A DNA stretch of 56,217 nt, filler included, from Dimargaris cristalligena (Eukaryota), in assembly GCA_003614675.1 (NCBI GenBank). It is 2 parts of 2 records of this genome, joined end to end, with 100 filler letters (N's around TTAATTAATTAA, not from the genome) between each part and the next. Parts side by side here need not be neighbours in the genome. Positions count along the whole stretch, not along the records: positions 28,183 to 56,217 come from ML002505.1; 1 more part is not named here. One strand, given 5' to 3'. Positions 47,703 to 56,217 of the stretch are shown here, piece after piece. A program made the translations under genes and the position numbers. A model generated the notes under the pieces. It saw only the letters and a list, made by a program, of their open reading frames with translations, made no database searches and was not told the origin of the DNA. The first letter of the stretch is position 1. The number at the start of each line of letters is the position of its first letter.

Positions 47703-50700
47703 CTAGATATCACCCATTTCGTCCTCGGAATCAGACACAAGGTTGTCGTCATCCTCTAGTGCTGGCACAAAGGAGTTGTAGAGTGCGAAGTAGACTTTCC
47801 AGTTGTGGGAGGCAACCCGATGCAGCTTCTGGGCCAAGTTAACCACCTCCCCCGCCAGGCTGGTGATGCACAATTGCCGGAAAAGAGATTGCAGTTCCTG
47901 GGATAGAGCTGGGGCAGGGAGCGGCTTGAAGGTAGTGGAAGACGAAGTAGTATGCCCAGACGCCAAGGTTGATAATGATGTCGACGACGAGCCAGCTGAG
48001 CCAGCATCAGAGGAGGCGGTCACGGACGGGGTGGGAACATCCGTAGGCAGGGGCTTGGTGGGGAAGCCCTTGCTAAACGAGGCGTGCCAGAGGGTCTTGC
48101 CCAGAGCGGTGATGATACGCGCATGCATCAGCTTGAAAATGGCGCTGTTGTAAACAAGCGCTCCTTGGAGCAAATGCCGGAATGTCAGTCGCTCACTTTC
48201 GGTGACTGGCTTACCACGGATAACGGTGATATGCTGGAGCAATAATTCAACAATATGATCAAAAGTGACCGGGGGGAGGGCGGAAGCGGGTGTACGGGAT
48301 GGCAAGGTCGATTTATGACCATTCCCACCGCGACTGTGGCCCGCGGTCGCACCAGTACGGGTTGGGGTGGAGGCTGGAAGGTTGGTGAGACGGTTGACCT
48401 CGCCCACACTGCGGTTGGATGGACGTTGTGAGGCTGTGGTCGAGTTGACCGCCCAAGCTACGCGGCTGCCTCCACCCACCTGCTGCGATTGCTGGGGAAG
48501 GCCGGGGTGGGATGCACCATTCGCAGTAGCACTCACTGAGCCATCGAGAGGGCTCAAAAGTGTCCACAGGTCGTTCTTGACCCGTAGAATATGGGCCTGT
48601 AAGTGCTCGTCGTCCGTTTGGGTACCGTCAGCATGCTTGGTGGGGGGTAAAAAGGCGTGGACCCCCGTAGGGCGCAGGAAGGTGGTTATGGCCTGCCGGT
48701 AGATGAGCAGAATGATGGACATGACGTAGATATTGTGCCACTCATTGCGCAGAAGGTGCAGTCGGCTAATATCGAGGTGGAAAGTCTCGGGGATGTGCTC
48801 AGCCCATCGGCGATCGTCCGATACTAGGAACTGGACAATCCCGTCTAGAAATAGGGCCAGGCGATTGGAATTGGTCTCGGCAATGGGGTTGCTACTAGGG
48901 TCCAGCAGCTGAGTCCACCAGGCCTTGGTACGCGTCACTGATAGAGTGCCGGCTTTAATCAACCCAGACATGTAAGTCCATTCGAAGTGGGGCGCGGAGG
49001 CCACTAACTGGGGGCGCATGGTGCGAACCTGGTGGTTGGCTAGATCCAGCCGCATCAGTTCCAATAACTCAAAGCAGCGTTTAAGGGTCAGGGTGAAATC
49101 CTTACGGTGCACAGCCCTCAGGATGCTGTCGATAAGGGGATCCCGTACCGGTGCACAGTGACGCTTCAAGACGGCCGTGATGTAGCAAACGATACCTACC
49201 ACATCGAAAACGCCGTGCTGCAACTGCTGGTGGATCAGGCGTACGTCCAGGTGGGTAGTTAGATCCTTGCGTAAGTCCATGTCGTGGGTCGCTAGCATTT
49301 CAATCATAATCTCCCGAATCTCACTCATCATGACCACGATTTTACTGGTACCTAAGAACATAGTGGTCCGGCTGGGAGTTTTGGGGGTCGATTTGTCTCC
49401 CGTGGCGGCCGGGGTCAAAAGGCCCTTGAGCTGGTGGAGTTCCATTTCGACCGAATACCAAAACCCGGCAGCATCGCGTTCCTTTATCCGACCGAGGTCA
49501 CCAAAGTTATTGGGGCGGAACTCGAGGTTGGACTCCATCACAATATCATGCCGAAGTTGAACATTATTGATAATCGAGTTGAGGCTGAGCTCCCGCAAGG
49601 AGAATCGATTGATGGGCGGAAGGAAAGACGAGGAAGTACCAAGTGGGGCAGGAGCAGGGGCAGCTTGACTGCCTGCCCCAAATTGGTGGAATTGGTGCCG
49701 GTGATTGCGGTGCGACTTGCTCTGGCTTGACGGGAAATTGCGACGATGGCGACTCAATGACGGAGGACCGGGTGCCTTGACTGATGCGGCAGACGACGAT
49801 GAGCCCGTAGTATTGGCAACGGAGGCTCTCGGGGCGGATTGGGGCATGCCTCGATTGGAAGCAGCAGGAGTCTGGATGTCCTTGGGAGAAGACTTATCAC
49901 TTTGGTTATTGTTTGCCGACCTGGTAAGTGGTGTGGCCAAGGAGGGCACTGGCTTAGGGGACGGGGGTGAATAAGACAATGGACAACCACGGTGGGCCAC
50001 TGGCGTTTCATGGAAAGGGGTGGCCACTGATATTGATTCACTTGGTGCACCTGCCGCGTGAGGAGATGAAGTGGGAGACAGGGGAAGCCCGTCCGACTCG
50101 CGCAGCGTCAGAATCTCTGATCGCGAAGAACGGTGGTGAAGTGATGGACGAGCTGCGGGGGTTGACCCTACCTGTACCTCCACAAGTCGATGGGCATGAA
50201 TAGCGGGTTCGTGGGCAGCGGAATGCGCATCGGATGAAGCATTGACTGCGTAATCCTTGGTCGGACTGGCCGCCAGGGGGGAGCTGGCCGTTGGTGTAGG
50301 GGGGGCTGGAAGTCATAAACACACCGCCATTGGTCTGGGCCAAAGTGGATCGACTGGATGGACCCGATACGGGGCCAATCCCTGGAGAGCGCAGGCGGGA
50401 TACTTTGGAAGGGATGGTCATCCGATGGACTCGGGCCACTTTAGGGAGCAGGCCAATAATTTCGTCGGAGGTGCTAAATAAAGTGGAATGATTACGCTTA
50501 CGCTGACCCAGCTCTAGCGCGGGTGGAGGGGAAGGGGATACTTCGGCGGGACGGGTTTGGGCCAGGTGGTCAAGAATAGGAGGAAGGGAGGTGGTGGCAG
50601 TTTGACCACTGCGACTCTCCATGACTGGCAGGGGAGGCTGGGAAAAATGGAGAGAAGACAAGTCGGAATTAGAGGCGGAGCCGGAGGTGGGAAGGTCGTT

Positions 50701-52203
50701 GGCGGCCGTCCCCGGATGAAAACCATAACTATTTATATCCAAAGAGAGGTGGGAAGGTTTGGGCCGGGAAGGCTTGCTAATACACAGCCGACGGATGCGG
50801 AATGGCAGCGAGGCGGAGGAGTTGGAGGTCGACAGGGCTGGTGCAGCAGGGAGGGTCGAGGAGGGGGCATGTTTAGCGGCGTACGTATGCAAGGCTCTTC
50901 TTACGAAGTCCCTGGAGTTTAAGGAGGAGGCGGTACCCTCACGCGCGGGGCTCCGGGGGGCTGATGTGGTTACCATGGACGAGACGGGGTCACCAGGTTG
51001 GCGCAGAAGTGGGAGGCCGCTTGCGCTGTCCCCTTTCTGGCGTCTCCTGACACGAACCCGCTGAGCAACTTTGCGCTGTAAACTGAATAGTAGTGCGGGG
51101 GAGGTGCGTCTCAGCGAAAGGTAGCAGAAAGCCTTCGGCGTTGGTAATTGGCGGGAGTCAGGGGAAGCCCTAGTGGGGAAGAAGGGTTGCCGTTGCACCT
51201 GGCAGTGAACCGAATTGGATGGATAGGGCTTTGCCTTGAGCGACCGGCGGGAGCTGTACCTATTAGCAGTACCAGCAGTTAGAATAACAATGTGGGACCG
51301 ATAGCCACGGTAACGCCGTACCTGGACAGACTGTGCATCGCCCTTCGCCGACGCTGTTGACGATAACCGGGCAAGGCCCAATGTCACTGGCCCCGCGGGG
51401 TGGGAACCTGCAGGCGAGCGTAAACAACGCCGGAGGAGGCGGGCCCCGTGGCGGTGGAAAAGTTGAACACAGCCACTGGACGGGGCAGTGGGGTCAACAA
51501 CCGCTGGTTCGCCCCACTGATTCCGGGCCTTTTGGGCGAGAGGTCCGTTTTTCCGGTAGGGCCGGGACGTTGTGACCAACCGACCCGCGGCTAAGAGACC
51601 GGCCACAATAGAGGAGGGGTGGGGAGCGGAGGAAGTCGAGGTACCCTCGGTCTCATCGGGCCGGGAGTTTCCCGCAGAAACCGTGGTCTTATTGGGGGTA
51701 GTAGCTGATGCTGACAGGGATATCCCCAAGGGTAAAGGGGAAGACGGCAGGGACGACGAAAGCGAAACACTGGAGCTACCCGAGTGGAACATGGGACGTG
51801 GTGAGGATATGGATAGCCCCTGACTGTTCCTGGTATTGGGGGAGGAGCCGCAGGCAGGGGAAAGTGGCCGTGTGGTGGTGTTGGTTGTAGCAACAGTGCC
51901 GGTGGACGGCGGCGGCAGTGATCCACTATTACCCCGCTGGGTGTTGCCACCACTATGGCTTAGTCGACTATGTGGGGAGGGAGTCGCACTGGCAGGCCCT
52001 GAAGCGGAACCCACAGATCCAGAGGAAGTCGATGGGGAGGACAGGGGGCTAGATGATGCGAGGCCATCATTGGACTGGGAGTTACCAGATGGCGTATGGA
52101 AAGGGGACCGGTTATTCGGGAGGGCGGCGGCCGCTTGCAGCTGGGAGAGGTCGGTATTGCCGAGTGCGCTTTGCCCTTCACTCTTATGAATGGCTCGTGA
52201 CAT
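47703..52203 (-). CDS. TCP11/Sok1-family protein with very long low-complexity N-terminus; encoded in two frames joined near 50300 (intron, frameshift or assembly indel)
   Basis: The C-terminal frame has Sok1/TCP11 motifs LPPINRFSLRELSL..IINNVQLRHDIV, LEFRPN, LIHQQLQHGVFD, LKRHCAPVRD, LLELMRLDLANHQ and IPETFHLDISRL. That frame has no ATG before the domain and is closed upstream by a TGA at about 50312. An upstream stop-free frame starts at ATG 52203 (MSRAIHKSEG). Confidence 0.8.
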
Positions 52204-55200
52204 TATGCAGCAAAGTTGCTGGCGGCAGTGAGTATGTGCTATGAAGGGAGTTTGAGAAAGGGGGTGAGAGCAAGCGCAAGTAGGATATGCTGTGTCGGTG
52301 GGTGGAAACAATGGCAACCAATATAGATAAATATATATATATATATATATAACTGGTCTGAGCGGATGAGAACTGATGGGGTGTCTGGGGAGGCGAGGGG
52401 GATAAATGAGATGTATACCACCCAGCCACCGTAGGGCGGTAATGGAGGGAGGGAGAGAGAAAGGCCAGAACAACAGGGCAAGAGTCTAATCGGACAGCTT
52501 AGAGGGGGAACACATATAAGAAAGCCGACGGCCGGAAACCTGGGACGTGGAACAGTCCAAGAGATACACGCAGATGGGAAAGTGGAATGGGTGAGCTGGA
52601 GAGACCAGTGGACAATTGAATCTGGAGGCAACTTACGTCTAATGGACCGATCGATGGCAGTGAATAATGGAAGCGATCAAGTTCAAAAGATGGACAGGGT
52701 GTAGAACCACCAATAAACACCAGGGGAGGAGAGGAAGGAGTCGCGGAACAAGGGGGACACTAGTAGAGAAAGGGGAGGTGAAGACCCAAAGGAAGGAGAG
52801 AGGGACGAGGGGGTAAAGGTAAAGGAGCCAAGTGAAAGTAGTCACAGTCTATGAATGACAGCAGTAGCAACACGGAGAAAAGGGAGGGGTACAGGCCGAG
52901 TGAATGGCCAGGGTAAAGATAATTCACCGAGGGCTGAGCAGCGGCTATCGTCCGGTTTGACAGATAGACAGTAGGGTGAGAGATATCGAAATAAGGATAC
53001 AGAGTGGGTAAGCAACAGTAAGGGAGGCCAGGCGGGGCGGTGGAGACGGGTGGATATTTATAGCTACGCGTGGTCACCAAAATAGAGAACAAGAATGTAG
53101 ATTATATGCGTTGGTTGGTATGGTGGTTGCGGGGGCTGTGTATGCGCTTTGATGGCTGTATGCGGTAGGGGTCTATTTCGGAGGGTGGTAACAGAGCCAG
53201 AAGAAGATTCAAGGCCACACGAATAGCAGTGGGGCTCAGGGAGCACCAAATAGGATCGCTGCCGGGGAATAGCCAAGTGGGTGATTTTATATGTAGGAGA
53301 TGCTGCTCCTCTCTGCGTCTGCGGGGCGATGGCGAGGGGCCGTATCGGCTGGGTCACAGCCAAAGAGTTGATAAATCGAGGGAATGGAGAAAAGTCACTC
53401 GGGCGGCCGCGGGGGAAGAGGCGCGCATAAAAGTACAGAGAGGGGAGAGTGGGTAAGGTTGGCAGTATGCGCGTCCAACAAGAGAGAGAGAGTGAGAGGG
53501 GTTTGTATAGCCGAATGTGGGTAATGGATACCGGTGGTTGTCAGCGTCAAAGCCGTGGTCAGCACGCTGTCGTTATATATAAAAAGGCAAGATGCGTTCC
53601 CAAAGCGGTAGAGAAAAATTCGGAGCAGACACAGAAGGATGCTAGTGAAAAGTAGGTGGGGTGTAGGTAGGTAGGTAGTTGTATAGTATGGAAGAGGCCT
53701 ATAGTTGTATGGGGTGTTCCAAAGTTAGCTGTGGTGGATATAGATTAGTTTCGAGTTGGGCGGAACCGCAGGGGTTATGTGGTCGGCAGTAGTAGTGGTA
53801 CGAACAGGATATTTGTAGTAAGAAGATTGTGTGATACTAGAGAACAGAAAAGTGTAAAGAAATAGATATTTAAAGAGACTCGATAAGGAAAGAAAAAAGC
53901 GGCGCTGCTTCACAGTTAGTAGGCATCCATGGATATATGTACATAGTAGTAGCAAATACTGGTGGAAAGGAGGGTGGGGCGAGAGAGGGGAAAGCGAGCC
54001 CAAGGGGGGCATGGGGCGGACTAATATATAGTAGGAGGGCGGGCTGGGCGGTTGGCGGCCATGGGGCTAGGCCATAGGGCAGGCCGGGCGGGAAAAGGGG
54101 AAGGGGATAGGCCGAGGTGATACAGCGGGTTGAGGGGTCGCGAAATCAACCACGAAACCAAGGATCCAGTTGGACTGGACAGGAGGAGGCGTGTGGATCT
54201 CGCCCAGAAATAGGGCGGTTTTAAGGCATTACCATGGCCAGATTCACACACAAGCCAATAATCAAGGTACAGACCGCCAATCCCTGTGAGCGCCGTCGGC
54301 TATCCAGGCGAATTATATACTCCATAGTTTATAGAATGGGGTGTGTCCCTTCCTATCCATTTGGTTCGGCTGTTCATCGCGCACACCTACGCCTCCCCAT
54401 AAATACATATACATCTATATCTATATTGATTATTTATTTACAATTGTAGTATACACCCTAGACCCCAGCAAAATGATAGTGGTAGTGTGTGCGGGGAAAT
54501 GGGGTATATAAGTAGCAGAAAGGGGGCTATCCCTTCGAAAATTAGTTGGTAGGAATTGTAAAAAAGCGCCACAAGTAATATAGTACACATTATGGGCAAA
54601 TTAACTACATTTAACTACATTATTAATCACCACCTTGTGGGGTAGATGAAAAGCTACCATGGGTGATCCAGGGCCACCCGCGCAAATACGTATTATTTAC
54701 CACTTCTTATACTAACATCCCAATGTTGAACCAATATTTTGGGCCTTTAGTTCAATAACAGTCGTACATATCGAAGCACTCTTGTGAGTAAACGACCCCC
54801 ACCCCTTTCAACGCAATGTGGACTAGGACAGAGACTCCACCCCGCTCTAGACTTGCTGAGGGATATATATTCCAACAGTGCCAGGATGGCCGTCAGTGAA
54901 TCAAAGGATAGGAGGAGTATACTAGTGTACGATGGAAGCCAACCTTTTAAACCAGCGGAACCAGTAACGAAGGTCCTCATCGGATGACCTTATCCACCCA
55001 CCTAGCCTACCTTTTCTTTTAACCGTATGCATAGCCAGGGCTAATCCCCCGACAGATGTTGACAATAGTTGTCGTATCTTCAACTACTGTTAGTACACAC
55101 CTGTCGGAACAAAGACGTCCGCCGGGTACATCCCTTATACCAGCCAGCAAATATGGTGAGAGAGAGGGAGAGGAGGAGCCACTCCCCAACGCCGATCCTC

Positions 55201-56217
55201 TTCCCTTTTACGTGACCTAGGGCTTGGTCACCCCCCTCCCCCTTTCTTCCAGACCACTCAGCAGCCTCGTCAAGTATAATAATTTTTCATCATTTCGCAA
55301 CCCCCCGTCGGTGGATACCCCGCTTTGAACATTTAATATAACAGTGTAGCAGCCCACTTCAGTCATTTTTTCTTCATCTTCCTTTGTGGAGGTGCACTGT
55401 TTTCCATTACCATGAACCAACAACATTATTATCCAGTCCCGCATGCATTATAGTGCAGGTTTAGTGGGGTGATTTACCCCTTCGAGGAGACCCCCCACAC
55501 CCCACCCTGAATAATTATATCCGACCGAATATCGCTTAATTTGGGAATTGATGCGGGGGTGCCGGTTAGTTTTGCCGAATATTAAACCAGCAAATGCTCC
55601 GGGTGCTAATGAATGAGATAACATCGTTAATTGGCATGAACCTGTGTCGTCGGAATCAACAATAGGAACCCCTAGCACTCTTGAAGTGATGTGAATTTGG
55701 AATGTTGGGGCACCTAACCATTGCGAGGGCTGCCAGAATAACCCGAAAATTGGCCTGGGGGGGATTGCCAATTGTTTAACGGGGCAGTGGGAGTTTCCCC
55801 CACTTTCATCTGAAACTTAATCCTTCTCATCGGTGAATACTACCTAATCTGTCAGTAAAAATACCAATGGTGAAGGTAATCTCAACTGTGAGGTAGAAAA
55901 ACCTTCACGACTTTCTATGAACACTCTTTCCACCAGGTCGGATGCACTCCCGAGGCCTACGTAAGTTGATCTGTCAAAATAATCGGGCTGGGGCTTTTTA
56001 ATGCGGAGCTGTCGAACACCGCCATATTCTTTATGAGAAAACCGAGAGTTGGTATAGTATTAATAACCAGGGTAACGTAGACAATGCGCCCTATAGTTTC
56101 CTAACCTTCGATCAGCCAACCACTGCATAACCTACCTCCACTACCACCCATTAACAACATCCATATGGGAGTAGTTCAACAAGGCTGTATAACGAAAAAT
56201 CCATTTGATGAGGCAAA

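Noticed and set aside
52500-56217. Short ORFs in the terminal 3.7 kb, and likewise in 2.5-7 kb, 14-19 kb and 25-30 kb
   Set aside because: Low-complexity or non-ATG ORFs with no codon bias or domain motifs; I recognised no transposase, reverse transcriptase, tRNA or CRISPR-like array.

Overview
Eukaryotic (fungal) genomic DNA with GC3-rich genes, short GT-AG introns and microsatellite-rich intergenic spacers. Gene content suggests an early-diverging fungus, possibly Zoopagomycota; this is inference and was not verified. A 100-nt synthetic N-TTAATTAATTAA-N spacer at 28083-28182 joins two contigs. Left part: two dispersed, sequence-divergent 5S rRNA genes, a Crh-like GH16 with a repetitive Ser/Thr stalk, sphingolipid C9-methyltransferase, a 4-exon ATG17, a trypsin homologue lacking its catalytic His and Ser, an orphan 7TM receptor-like gene, and an Mbp1/Swi4-type APSES-ankyrin transcription factor. 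Right part: a small secreted prepro-protein interrupted by one in-frame TAA, methylmalonate-semialdehyde dehydrogenase, SNW1/Prp45, an Osh6/7-type ORP, a divergent beta-tubulin, and a very long TCP11/Sok1-family gene split across two reading frames. The most interesting signals are: (1) the Kex2-type precursor whose stop falls right after a cationic amphipathic, antimicrobial-like peptide; (2) the probably GPI-anchored dead trypsin with an intact S1 Asp; (3) a beta-tubulin naturally carrying Lys198; (4) the frame switch in the Sok1-like gene; (5) 5S isotypes with compensatory base-pair changes.
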